DNA of 64,000 nucleotides, from the sequence record NC_005260.1, one strand, 5' to 3'. Position 1 is the first letter of the stretch. Each line of letters begins with the position of its first letter. This document shows, piece after piece, positions 1-10,245 of the stretch. A program made the translations under genes and the position numbers. The notes under the pieces are model-generated. The model saw nothing but the letters and a program-made list of their open reading frames with translations. It did no database searches and was not told the DNA's origin.

Positions 1-480
1 GTCGCTGGTAGCTTTATTCTACGTCGATATTTCGTGACGGGTGATCCCCGTCCCGAATTACTTGCACATAGATTATACGGAAATAGTTCATACTACTGGA
101 TTTTGTTGATGTTGAATAACATATATGACCCATTTCATGGGTGGATTAAGTCGCAGGAACAAGTATATAGTTCCGCAGCGCAAAAGTATAAGAACATGCC
201 CGACAAAGAAAATACCGTGTTGTATCACGTTGATTCGGAAGGGAAGCGTTATTACAGAATGAAAGAATTTCCGATTGGCTCAAAGAACTGGTATGATATT
301 GGTGATAATCTGAATAGATTTATTCAGCACACCGGAGCACTTGCTCCTGTTAGTGCAATTGAGCATGAATTAAACGAGAACGAAAACAAACGAAATATTG
401 TTATTCTGAGTCCGTCCGATTTACAAACATTCTTGGACATGTTGACTCGTAGAATGGAGAGAGTTCGCCGTGGCAGTTGA
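1..480 (+). CDS. 53: Baseplate wedge protein gp53 (5'-truncated by window)
   Basis: LysM-like RPELLAHRLYGNSSYYWILLMLNNIYDPF motif; the frame is open from position 1; lies upstream of gene 5. Confidence 0.85.
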   Translation, partial: VAGSFILRRYFVTGDPRPELLAHRLYGNSSYYWILLMLNNIYDPFHGWIKSQEQVYSSAAQKYKNMPDKENTVLYHVDSEGKRYYRMKEFPIGSKNWYDIGDNLNRFIQHTGALAPVSAIEHELNENENKRNIVILSPSDLQTFLDMLTRRMERVRRGS

Positions 481-1696
481 ACGCATTAGTGCCAGTTCGC
501 TTGAGAATTTCACCATTGAGCGAATATTGGTAATGCAGGGTGAAAACGGATTTGAAGTAAGTGATGCCTTTTATTCAATCGAGATTAACGAGGGAATGAC
601 AAAGGGGTTTATAACTGGTGTGTTGACTATCAAAAACGATGCTGATTTTCTTGACACCGCTATGAATCCACGAGGAGACGAATTTATCGAAATTAGTTTC
701 TATCACAAATATCCGGGCGGTGGATCCGGTAAAAAGTTTTCTAAGCTGTTTCGCGTCAACTCATATAAAGAAATGACGGACGCTAATACAATGAGCCGCG
801 GTTTGATTGAATTCCACTTTGAAAGTGTAGGCTCAGTTGAAAATGAATTTGTTCGTGTTTCCAAGTCATACGCAAACGTTGGTACTCACGTTATTGTTGC
901 TGATATGCTCAAGCTATTGGGCTATAAGGACAGTGATATGAAAATCGAGCCAACGTTGTATAACAAAGACATTGTTATTCCAAACATAACACCAGTTGAA
1001 GTAATTGGACATTTGGTAGATCACTCTCAATCGGGTGACTCAATCACGAAAGGAGATAGTAACTTTTATTTCTTCGAGAACAGGGATCAGATCAACTTTG
1101 TTAGTGGGTCAAGTCTTGTGAATGCCGCTCCGGTTGCAACTTATGTTTATAGCATGACGAGCGATCAAAATTTTCAGGGAAAAGTTATTAAGTTTATCCG
1201 TGATCGAGGATATAACTTGAGGGATCAGGCAAGAAGCGGTGCATTTGGTGTGACCGTTATTTCAAACAGTCTGGTAGACAAAAGTTATAAAGTAACTCCA
1301 TTGGAAGTCGAAAGCGTCAAAGAAGTATACAAGACGTTAAACACTGATAAGTGGTACGGTGGTACTATCGGAAATAATCGCGATTCGTGCGTTATGATGT
1401 CCTGTGAAGATCAGATGTATCAATATCTGAATATGGGAGCAAACGGTAACAGCCTCGGTATTCAAAGAGTAAATAGATCAAACTTCAATGCTAAAAGAGC
1501 ATTTGCTCGCATTGGCGGAAATACCGACATTACAAGTGGAAGTGTTATTGACTTGAAAGTGCCGAGTATGAGCGGAACAAACAATAACAGAGATAGCGGC
1601 AAGTGGATCGTTTTCTCTGTTCGTCATTTCATAACGAGAGAGCAATATTTTATGGATCTTGAGTTAATGAGTGATTCAGATATTAGGAGATCATAA
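470..1696 (+). CDS. Baseplate hub protein, gp27/VgrG-N-like
   Basis: 408 aa directly before gp5; C-terminal GNTDITSGSVIDL...SGKWIVFSVRHF...LEL pattern of gp27/gpD-type hubs. Confidence 0.65.
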   Translation: MAVERISASSLENFTIERILVMQGENGFEVSDAFYSIEINEGMTKGFITGVLTIKNDADFLDTAMNPRGDEFIEISFYHKYPGGGSGKKFSKLFRVNSYKEMTDANTMSRGLIEFHFESVGSVENEFVRVSKSYANVGTHVIVADMLKLLGYKDSDMKIEPTLYNKDIVIPNITPVEVIGHLVDHSQSGDSITKGDSNFYFFENRDQINFVSGSSLVNAAPVATYVYSMTSDQNFQGKVIKFIRDRGYNLRDQARSGAFGVTVISNSLVDKSYKVTPLEVESVKEVYKTLNTDKWYGGTIGNNRDSCVMMSCEDQMYQYLNMGANGNSLGIQRVNRSNFNAKRAFARIGGNTDITSGSVIDLKVPSMSGTNNNRDSGKWIVFSVRHFITREQYFMDLELMSDSDIRRS

Positions 1697-3510
1697 TGTT
1701 TTATGGTTTGAGTTATAAATGGTTTGAGGGGGTCGTTGAGGATCGATTTGACCCTCTCGATCTCGGACGTGTTCGTGTTCGTGTTATGGGAATTCATAGC
1801 AATCAAAAAGCAAAGAACGACAAGAACGGTATTCCAACGGAAGAGTTATTGTGGATGCATCCAATGCTACCAATTACTTCTGCTGCTGTTTCTGGCATAG
1901 GACAAAGTCCAACCGGCTTATTAGAAGGATCTCACGTTGTCGGGTATTTCAGAGATAAATTCTGTCAAGACGGGGTTATTGTTGGGTCTCTTCCTGGGAT
2001 TTACAAAAATAAGCCGGATTCATCTAAAGGATTTGCTGATCCGAACGGACAATATCCTAGATATGTTGGAAATGACGTTAACGTGTTGGCGGGTGGCGGT
2101 CAAGCAGGCAGCGGTAGTTCTGGCAGCGGTGCAATGGTTGGTCCAGGTGGTGAGCCAATCGACGTATACACACAAAATGAAAATACAGGCATCGCCATTA
2201 AGCCAGACGATACACCAGCTGGAGAATATATTCCAGATGATGATCCTAATTTCACAATCGAAAAGATGCTTGTTCAGGATGAAGGTGTTCGCACCAAATG
2301 GTATCTTGACTCGGAGGGATATCCAACAATCGGCATCGGCCATCTTATTATTCGCGAGAGAACATCCAACTTGGTGACTATCAACTCAATTTTGAGTGCT
2401 CAACTAGGTAGAGTTGTTACTGGTGGCGTTATTACATCGGAAGAAGTTAGTAAACTATTTTCACAGGACTTGAATAAAGTTCGCGCCGATATTATGCGAT
2501 TCACTTCTATTTCCCAAGTCTACATGAAAGCAAATAGATCTCGCCAAATGGCTATCGAGAATATGTGTTTTCAGATGGGCGCGGGAGGTCTAGCTAAGTT
2601 CAAGAACACGCTTGCGGCTATGGCACGTGAAGACTGGACTGCCGCTTACAACGGATTGCGCGATTCGCTATGGGCTAGACAGACTCCAGGACGCTCTGCC
2701 AGAGTTTCGAAAATCATTCTGACTGGTAACTTAGAGTCGTATGGTGTAATGACTCCAGAGACGGCTCCTAAGCTCAAACGTATGAATAACGAAGACCCTA
2801 TTGGTACAGTTGCATCGAACGATTGGATTGAAGATTCTGATGATCCAGAAAATCCGCCGGCGGAAGCTAAATCTCGTATTATGTTCGAGGAGCCAAAGTC
2901 TAGTTATGCCGCACAATATCCGTACAATCATGTTTATGAGTCGGAGAGTGGGCATATTCAAGAATTCGACGATACCCCGGGTAAAGAGCGTTATCACAGA
3001 AAACATCCAACCGGTACTTTTGAAGAAATTCGACCTGACGGTAGTCGTTTGGTGAAAATCGTTGGTGATGATTATCTTATTGTCAAGAACGGAAGAAATC
3101 TAAACGTCAAGGGCAATTTGAAAGTTGTTATTGAGGGAAATGCCGAGCTGTATTATATGGGTAATGTCACGCAGACAATCGACGGTAATATGACCCAAAT
3201 GGTAAGAGGCAACGTTCAAGAGACTGTGGAAGGTAGCGTCAATCAGCACGTTGTTGGTAACGTAGATCAATTCATTGAAGGAAACGTTGGACAAGTTATT
3301 AGTGGAAACGTCAATCAGAAAATTGACGGCAACGTGACTCAGGGAATTAAGGGAAATCAAACATCAAGCGTTGACGGTAATTATAAGTTGACTGTTAAAG
3401 GAAGTTATGACGTTGAAGCCACCGGTAATGCAAAAATGAAAGGTGCAAACGCGACTATGGAAGCACAGGGTACTGCTCAGATTAGTGGTGCAACAATTAA
3501 CATGAACTAA
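1696..3510 (+). CDS. 5: Baseplate hub needle and tail lysozyme gp5
   Basis: N-terminal OB fold (GVVEDRFDPLDLGRVRVRV), T4-lysozyme triad DEG..YLDSEGYPTIGIGH, C-terminal 8-aa GNVxQxIx beta-helix repeats. Confidence 0.97.
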   Translation: MFYGLSYKWFEGVVEDRFDPLDLGRVRVRVMGIHSNQKAKNDKNGIPTEELLWMHPMLPITSAAVSGIGQSPTGLLEGSHVVGYFRDKFCQDGVIVGSLPGIYKNKPDSSKGFADPNGQYPRYVGNDVNVLAGGGQAGSGSSGSGAMVGPGGEPIDVYTQNENTGIAIKPDDTPAGEYIPDDDPNFTIEKMLVQDEGVRTKWYLDSEGYPTIGIGHLIIRERTSNLVTINSILSAQLGRVVTGGVITSEEVSKLFSQDLNKVRADIMRFTSISQVYMKANRSRQMAIENMCFQMGAGGLAKFKNTLAAMAREDWTAAYNGLRDSLWARQTPGRSARVSKIILTGNLESYGVMTPETAPKLKRMNNEDPIGTVASNDWIEDSDDPENPPAEAKSRIMFEEPKSSYAAQYPYNHVYESESGHIQEFDDTPGKERYHRKHPTGTFEEIRPDGSRLVKIVGDDYLIVKNGRNLNVKGNLKVVIEGNAELYYMGNVTQTIDGNMTQMVRGNVQETVEGSVNQHVVGNVDQFIEGNVGQVISGNVNQKIDGNVTQGIKGNQTSSVDGNYKLTVKGSYDVEATGNAKMKGANATMEAQGTAQISGATINMN

Positions 3511-3518
3511 GAGGAAAT

Positions 3519-4070
3519 ATGGCAGCAATAACACCACCAACCGGTGGCTGGGAACAATATGCTAATATCTATGAGTTCTATGACGGAGCGGGCAATTTGC
3601 CCGTTTCCCATGAATTTGAATTTGATGTTAGTTTAGATCCAAATGAAATCGTTGTGTCAAAGGGAATCCAGATATCTGTTCCGATTGAAACATATGGAGG
3701 ATCGCGTCTCGGTATGAAAGTTGTATCGAAATTCGTTGATTATTTCGAGAGAAACGGTGCCATTATGACGCTTAGATATCGAGATAGAAAGACTCTAGAA
3801 ATAAAATCGGTGAACGGATTTAATAATCTCCCGAGTGACGCGAAAACGTGTGATGTTATTGAGTTCAATCCTCCTGGGGAATTGACTGCTCAAATAGTAT
3901 ACACACCAACAGCAACTATCAGAAAGATCGATTTACAGAACCCCACACTACCTCCTACCGTGTATAACGTAACAGCGAAATACACTCAGACACTCCATGG
4001 ATCATATCAGGGATGGGCAAATAAACTCAGAGATTACATAAATAAGAGTGGACCATTTCCGAGGATGTAA
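3519..4070 (+). CDS. 5.1: gp5.1-like conserved protein
   Basis: Position between 5 and 5.4; C-terminal ..WANKLRDYI pattern like T4 5.1. Confidence 0.6.
   Translation: MAAITPPTGGWEQYANIYEFYDGAGNLPVSHEFEFDVSLDPNEIVVSKGIQISVPIETYGGSRLGMKVVSKFVDYFERNGAIMTLRYRDRKTLEIKSVNGFNNLPSDAKTCDVIEFNPPGELTAQIVYTPTATIRKIDLQNPTLPPTVYNVTAKYTQTLHGSYQGWANKLRDYINKSGPFPRM
4038..4044 (+). promoter_or_regulatory. Possible late promoter (ATAAATA) for 5.4
   Basis: TAAATA core 28 nt upstream of ATG 4072. Confidence 0.4.
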
Positions 4071-4071
4071 T

Positions 4072-4365
4072 ATGGCAGGCATTGTATTAAATATGGCCCC
4101 GACAATTGGACCGGGGCCATGGAAACCTTCAAAAGTTGTTGGCACTAGCTCTACGGTATTCGCAGAGGGCAAACAAATCGTAGTCAGACAAGACGATCAA
4201 GTAATAAAACACGAACGACCGGACGGACCCGATTGGAAGCAAGGCAAAGTTATTGCGAGCACTTCCAAAGTATTTGTCGAGGGCAAGCCAATTGCACAAA
4301 TCGGAGATGTTTGTACCGATGGTGAAATATTGGTAAAGTCCGCGACGAGCGTATTTGCATCATAA
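4072..4365 (+). CDS. 5.4: PAAR-like spike tip gp5.4
   Basis: Three PAAR-like repeats (STVFAEG, SKVFVEGKPIAQIGD, SVF); ATG 4072 with GAGG SD. Confidence 0.85.
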   Translation: MAGIVLNMAPTIGPGPWKPSKVVGTSSTVFAEGKQIVVRQDDQVIKHERPDGPDWKQGKVIASTSKVFVEGKPIAQIGDVCTDGEILVKSATSVFAS

Positions 4366-4374
4366 GGAGAAATC

Positions 4375-4797
4375 ATGAGTTTGTTTAAAAATCGACTGAG
4401 ATTATTGGCAGTCGAATCGAAGGAATATTATTCCGATATTGCGGCAGATTTCAGTCGAGATTTCAGAGATAATGATGTTGGATCAGTGACTAACGTTAGT
4501 GCTGTTCAACAATCTATGGCTGGAATTATTGGAACGCGCCGTGGTGAGCGTCCATTCGATCCTAATTTCGGATGCGATATACACAATTCTTTATTTGAAA
4601 ACATGAGCGAGGCATCGGCTACCGCTATTGAACGCTCGATATACGATGCAATTGGCAACTATGAGCCTCGTGTTCGAGTCGAAAACGTATCCGTTATTCC
4701 TGTGTATGACCGAAACGAATATATCGTGACGTTATATTACAGATTAATCACGGATCTCAACTATTTGTATGAACTTAAAATGGGAGTAGCTGGATAA
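4375..4797 (+). CDS. 25: Baseplate wedge subunit gp25
   Basis: GERPFDPNFGC and YEPRVRV motifs of the gp25 family. Confidence 0.92.
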   Translation: MSLFKNRLRLLAVESKEYYSDIAADFSRDFRDNDVGSVTNVSAVQQSMAGIIGTRRGERPFDPNFGCDIHNSLFENMSEASATAIERSIYDAIGNYEPRVRVENVSVIPVYDRNEYIVTLYYRLITDLNYLYELKMGVAG

Positions 4798-6752
4798 TGG
4801 CTAACAAGATTAATGCAGTAGATTTGCCGAAGGATTTTACCGGTGCTTCGTTTGAGCAAATCAAAATAAAACTAATTCGCTGGTTGCAAAACCAGGACGA
4901 GTTCAAAGATTATAATTTTGCAGGTAGTCGCCTATCTGTTTTGACGGATCTGTTGGCATATGCGACGCTTTATATTCAGCAATTCGGAAACGCGGCAGTA
5001 TTTGAAAGCTTCTTGCGTCTTGCACAACTAAGATCATCCGTTGTTCAACACGTACAAGATCAGGGATATTTGCCGTCTACCGCGAGCGCGAGTGGAACAA
5101 CCGTTCGATTTACCGGGTATTACAGTCCAATCGAATCTAGCCCTATTTCAATCACTATTCCTCGTGGAACGAAGTTCACAGGCTCAATTGAAAATATCGA
5201 TTTCTATGACTACGTTACATGGGATGATGTTCAAGTTATTCGCGGCATCAACAACCGATATATTACAGATCTTGCATTGAAACAGGGTCGAATTATTCGT
5301 CAAGAAATGATTTATCAGAAAGACAGCATTATCGAAATCAACGATACCAGTATTGATAGAAATTACGTTCGTGTTTATGTTGACGGTGCTCCCTGGACAG
5401 ACTGGACAACTAAGCCGCTTGTTAGTGTTGGTGGTACAAGTACCGTATTTTATCAGCGCGAAACTATCGACGGATATACCGAGATTTTCTTCGGTGAAGG
5501 CGAGAAAGTCATTAAAGCAAACGGTCAATTGAGTTCAAGTTTTGTTGGCGGATTGAAACCATCCGTTGGATCGACAATCGTTATCGAATATCTGACTACC
5601 GATGGTAAAGCTGCTAACGGTTGCCGTAACTTCGCTTATGTTGATACTATCCCTAATATCGTAGTAGAGCGAATTGATGAAAACCCAACCGCGCTGCTTG
5701 GCAAGGATGATCCCAATTATACTGGTGCTGCCGGTGGTGGTGGTGAGGAAGATATCGAGCGTCTGCGAGAACTGGGTCCAATTATGCGTGAGACTCAACG
5801 CCGTGCTGTTACTCGTTCCGATTATGAGGCTTTCGTAAACTATCGTTTCGGTAATATCGTGCAGGCTGTTCAGTGTTATACCGACTCAGAAAAACCTGGA
5901 TATGCATTCATCGCAATCAAGCCAAAAGACGGATTATATCTGACTACCGTTCAGAAAGAAGACATTCAAAACTTCTTGCGAGAATACAACGTGGCTACAA
6001 TCACTCCTGTTGTTCATAGTCCGAATTACCTGTATGTTAAATCAAATGTCAAGGTAACATACGCAATGAATAATTTGAGTCAGACCGAAGAATGGCTACA
6101 AGGTAAGGTATTGGATGCGATTGATCGTTATTACATCGAAGAAGTTGAAATTTTCAACAAGGGTTTCTATACGTCAAAACTAAACGGACGTATTGACGAC
6201 TCGGATATTTCAATCCTAGGTACTACTACGGATATCGGACTTGTTCGCGAAATCGAGAATTTCTATTCTTCTCCAATGATTGGCATTAAATACTTGAATA
6301 AGATTGCAGAAGGATCCGTTTATAGCTCGGATATTAAGTATACACCAAGAGCCGGAACAAGTTATAATATTCACTATGTGGGAACAAGAAAGAATAATGT
6401 AGCGTTTAATGGCGTAGTGAATCGCGATGCTGGTATTACTCTAGTTGGTCCTTTCGCCGCTGGTGATGTTACCGGAGTAACTGCATATACCGGAACAGAT
6501 TTTGATCGCAAAGTCATTGACGGTAGGAGTTTATATTATGCTGTTGGCGAAGTTGATTATGTTTCCGATGAAATTTCTTTCAACCTAGGTGTTCTAAATC
6601 AGAATATCGATAAGTTCAGCTCGGCTTATATCGAGCTTCATGCAACTCCGGTTGAGGATAACATTTATACTTCCGACGGCACGATGATTGTGTTTGAGAA
6701 TAACCTCAGACCACAATATACCACAATTCAAATGGAGGCGGTAGTTCGCTAA
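4797..6752 (+). CDS. 6: Baseplate wedge subunit gp6
   Basis: 651 aa; QDEFKDYNFAGSRL, ETQRRAVTRSDY motifs. Confidence 0.95.
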   Translation: MANKINAVDLPKDFTGASFEQIKIKLIRWLQNQDEFKDYNFAGSRLSVLTDLLAYATLYIQQFGNAAVFESFLRLAQLRSSVVQHVQDQGYLPSTASASGTTVRFTGYYSPIESSPISITIPRGTKFTGSIENIDFYDYVTWDDVQVIRGINNRYITDLALKQGRIIRQEMIYQKDSIIEINDTSIDRNYVRVYVDGAPWTDWTTKPLVSVGGTSTVFYQRETIDGYTEIFFGEGEKVIKANGQLSSSFVGGLKPSVGSTIVIEYLTTDGKAANGCRNFAYVDTIPNIVVERIDENPTALLGKDDPNYTGAAGGGGEEDIERLRELGPIMRETQRRAVTRSDYEAFVNYRFGNIVQAVQCYTDSEKPGYAFIAIKPKDGLYLTTVQKEDIQNFLREYNVATITPVVHSPNYLYVKSNVKVTYAMNNLSQTEEWLQGKVLDAIDRYYIEEVEIFNKGFYTSKLNGRIDDSDISILGTTTDIGLVREIENFYSSPMIGIKYLNKIAEGSVYSSDIKYTPRAGTSYNIHYVGTRKNNVAFNGVVNRDAGITLVGPFAAGDVTGVTAYTGTDFDRKVIDGRSLYYAVGEVDYVSDEISFNLGVLNQNIDKFSSAYIELHATPVEDNIYTSDGTMIVFENNLRPQYTTIQMEAVVR

Positions 6753-9700
6753 TGATTAAGGCACCCACTATTACCAGCTTGCGTATTGCAAAGCTTGGTG
6801 CAAACTTCTTGCACTTGAAATGGGATGATGTGGGTTCTAACTTCTTTTACATCGTAGAATATTCCATCGACAACGGTGATGGAAATTATGCGTGGATCCA
6901 GCGCGGGGTCACACCAGACCCCGACTGGTTCGAAGACAGAATCCTTGCACCTAATACAAAATACGTTTTCAGAATTTCAACAACGTTTGCTGGTTTCGAG
7001 CCATCCGATTGGGTTTATTCTGATGTATTCGAGACATTTGACACTAACGCATATTCAATTAGCACAATGGCTCAGTTTATTCCGAACAATGTGTTCGTGA
7101 AAAACAAACTAACAAACAACAAAAACTATGTAAATTTTGATAAAGACCCGATTTATGCAACTCTGATGAATGAGAACTTTGTTTATGATCCGGGCATCGA
7201 AAATATTACCAACATCGAAAACTTTATTGCTGCCGATGAAGAGTCACATTTAGTCCAGGAAGAAGTCGAAAAGGTTTGCGTTGATATCAATCGCACTTAC
7301 CTAGGCTACAAAGACGATGTATTGTATACATTCGAGCGTTTCCAGAATATGGCTAAAGTCTCCAACGACGGAGGACAAAACTGGTGGTATTATCAAGCAC
7401 TAACCGGTAGAATTGGATATCCAGTTGCCCGCACGATCATGTATCAGAACAATAACAGTAGTTTCCTGCTGGGTTATGATGATGTGTTTTACGGGCGTCA
7501 ATCCGATGAAATTCGTTTCAGTAGCAACACGCATTTCTGGTCAGACGATCAAATCACATTCGTTCGTATGGACGTCGATGCCAGTATCCCATTTAAGACT
7601 TTGGTGTTCGGTCGCTATACTTCATATCCGGAAGATATTCGACGCAAGGTAGAAGCACAGGCCGCGTCCAATCAGTGGATTTATGCTGTTGCCGAAGACA
7701 ACTTTAGACGTATTCTTGTTAAGAACGCGCCAATCGGAACTGACGGTGAAGGAAACACAATTAAAATGTGGGACAGCAATGTGTATCACATTACGAATAA
7801 TCCTCTTTGCGTTGTTAAGAAGCTCGATGTTTTCAAAGATAAATGTTATGCACTCGTAACTGGTAAAGTTGCTAACCTGGATGCAGATCGTCGTAATGCC
7901 GACAACATTCTGAGAGCGGACGAAATTGGTGTTTATCGATTCGATGAAGTATATAAACCAGAAGTGTTTAAGCTAGGAAACATTAATACGGGTGGATATA
8001 CAGCGGGTATCGATTTTGTCAAAATGGCAGTTACTTTTGCTGGCGGCTCACATGCCGGTCAGATTACAACGTCATGGGAAAATCGTGTGTTCCGTGGTAA
8101 GAACGGAGTACAAATGACCGTACTTCGCACCATTAGTAGCAAGAACAAAGACGCTTTTATTTTTGACGCTGATATTAAAGACGCGGACGGCAATTTAGTT
8201 CAGGCTAAAGTTGATGCTTTTAAAGCTGCATTTGCTAACCCGAATGAGTTTGAACTTATTCTAGAAAATGGTCAAATCGTTCTACCTGGTATTCCAAACG
8301 GAGGATCATGGGTACGTGTTTTCGGTAATACTGAAAAAGAGCGTCTGAGTATTGAACACAAGTTCAGTAACATGAGCACCGACGGAGAAAAAATATTCGT
8401 ATCGTCTGCTGCTTATAAGTTTGATGATACCGTTGTTGATAACGATCTACCACTTGAATATCCCGATGCTGTTAACTCGGCTGTGAAATATAGTTCGGAA
8501 TATCCGTATTTGTCTTATAAGAGACACCATTTTTATGTTTGGAAGTCGGAAGACGGCGAGAAATACATTAGACGTCCACAGACTTACTACAATGAGGCAA
8601 ACTTTAGCTGGATGGCAACACACGGCCAACGCTGCTGGATTTCACATGATAACAGAGCAGTTGTTATTAATCCGAAGAAAGCGCACACATACAGACTTGA
8701 CCCAGACTATAAGACAAACAAAGAAGTGTGGGATAAAGGCAATGTTAAATTCTATCTTGAGAACGTCAAGTTTAGTGGATTCACCCAATATTGCAACGGT
8801 ATCATGATTCACAAAGGATATGACCGTGAGCGCAAATCTGGTGGTGAAATCGTTGCTTATTACGAATATCCATATCGTGTTCGTGATAACGCTGCTATTG
8901 TGTGGAGACCCGAATTGGTTGCAATGGAAGCTAACTTGCAAAATCAAGAGCGTCCTACTCCTCCAGTTGTCGAAGACGAAAAAGGATTAGTTGATCCGGA
9001 TTTGAGTCACTTTATCCGAATTATGGGACCAGAAGTATATTTTGATGATGAATCTAACTTTACGAAGTTCGGAGAATATTATCTGAAATACATTTCGGAA
9101 GGATCAGAGACTTATTACAACAGATTGCTAAACTTGATTAAGAATAAGTATCCAAGAGAGAAAGACAACTTCGAATATCTGTGGTCAGAAATCAGACGTA
9201 GAAATATCTATCTGGATCAAGAAAAACGCGATAGTGTTATCCGATTCTTCGAATCTAAAGCCGCTAACTTCTATAGCTCAAAGGGAACAGAAGCGAGTTA
9301 TAAATTCTTGTTCAAATTGCTATATGATGCCGATGTGGAAATCGAGGTAGAGAGTTCAGTTGGCATCGATTATGACATCGTTGTTAAGTCTGGTAACGTT
9401 GATTCTGGGCTCGTAGGACGCACTATATACACTCCCACCGGTAGAGCTAATGTTACCTATGTCGAGCGTATCTATGACAACGGCCTGCTTCGCTGGAAGA
9501 TTACCTTGCATAACTTGATTGGTAAGTATGTCGAAGGCCAGATCATTAAGTCTGAAACATCTGCATTCGAGGGAGAAATCGTTCGTGGCATTCAGGGTAA
9601 AGAACTTGCATATTCTGACATCGACTATATCAATCGTAATCGTTCTTATTATGTGATGAAGATTCGTTCCGAGTTGAATACCGCTAGATATCGTGATGAT

Positions 9701-10243
9701 ATTTTGCGTTTTGTTCATCCAGTCGGATTCGGATTTATCGGTATTGCGATGCTAACTGTTTTCATTAACGGTGGTATTAGTATGGTACCACAACAGACAA
9801 TGATCGAGATAAATAAGACATACAGATGGGACTCAGGACTTCCTAGTGTGACTCCGAAACTCAAAACGAGTGTTAACCCGGATTCGCCATTAGATAATCC
9901 AGATCCGTTATTTGACAGCAAGACCGGAGAATTAATTGAAGTACAGCAAGCACAAGTCGCATTTGATATTGCGAAATGGCAGACTGCGAAAGATTCTAAC
10001 GGAGTTGCATACGGTAACAGATCATATGATACCGACGAAACGAACGTTACTTGGAACGGCACTGTATATAAGCCGTCACAAAGAAGATTGGAATGGAGTC
10101 CTTTGTTCAGTGATTTCAGCACACGATTTAGTGATTATCGTAGACTGGTAGAACAAAGACTAAAAGACGATTTGAAAGATCCTCGTGATGTTAGTCGTTT
10201 GGTAACATTGAAAGAACCGTCACAAACAAGAATTGGGGAATAA
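6752..10243 (+). CDS. 7: Baseplate wedge initiator gp7
   Basis: N-terminal FN3-like LRIAKLGANFLHLKWDDVG; FVHPVGFGFIGI; synteny. Confidence 0.93.
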   Translation: MIKAPTITSLRIAKLGANFLHLKWDDVGSNFFYIVEYSIDNGDGNYAWIQRGVTPDPDWFEDRILAPNTKYVFRISTTFAGFEPSDWVYSDVFETFDTNAYSISTMAQFIPNNVFVKNKLTNNKNYVNFDKDPIYATLMNENFVYDPGIENITNIENFIAADEESHLVQEEVEKVCVDINRTYLGYKDDVLYTFERFQNMAKVSNDGGQNWWYYQALTGRIGYPVARTIMYQNNNSSFLLGYDDVFYGRQSDEIRFSSNTHFWSDDQITFVRMDVDASIPFKTLVFGRYTSYPEDIRRKVEAQAASNQWIYAVAEDNFRRILVKNAPIGTDGEGNTIKMWDSNVYHITNNPLCVVKKLDVFKDKCYALVTGKVANLDADRRNADNILRADEIGVYRFDEVYKPEVFKLGNINTGGYTAGIDFVKMAVTFAGGSHAGQITTSWENRVFRGKNGVQMTVLRTISSKNKDAFIFDADIKDADGNLVQAKVDAFKAAFANPNEFELILENGQIVLPGIPNGGSWVRVFGNTEKERLSIEHKFSNMSTDGEKIFVSSAAYKFDDTVVDNDLPLEYPDAVNSAVKYSSEYPYLSYKRHHFYVWKSEDGEKYIRRPQTYYNEANFSWMATHGQRCWISHDNRAVVINPKKAHTYRLDPDYKTNKEVWDKGNVKFYLENVKFSGFTQYCNGIMIHKGYDRERKSGGEIVAYYEYPYRVRDNAAIVWRPELVAMEANLQNQERPTPPVVEDEKGLVDPDLSHFIRIMGPEVYFDDESNFTKFGEYYLKYISEGSETYYNRLLNLIKNKYPREKDNFEYLWSEIRRRNIYLDQEKRDSVIRFFESKAANFYSSKGTEASYKFLFKLLYDADVEIEVESSVGIDYDIVVKSGNVDSGLVGRTIYTPTGRANVTYVERIYDNGLLRWKITLHNLIGKYVEGQIIKSETSAFEGEIVRGIQGKELAYSDIDYINRNRSYYVMKIRSELNTARYRDDILRFVHPVGFGFIGIAMLTVFINGGISMVPQQTMIEINKTYRWDSGLPSVTPKLKTSVNPDSPLDNPDPLFDSKTGELIEVQQAQVAFDIAKWQTAKDSNGVAYGNRSYDTDETNVTWNGTVYKPSQRRLEWSPLFSDFSTRFSDYRRLVEQRLKDDLKDPRDVSRLVTLKEPSQTRIGE

Positions 10244-10245
10244 AA

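Noticed and set aside
2090-2155. Gly/Ser-rich linker in gp5
   Set aside because: A simple flexible linker between the OB and lysozyme domains.
3160-3440. Periodic GGxAAxGT repeats at DNA level
   Set aside because: Known 8-residue beta-helix repeats of gp5; not CRISPR-like.
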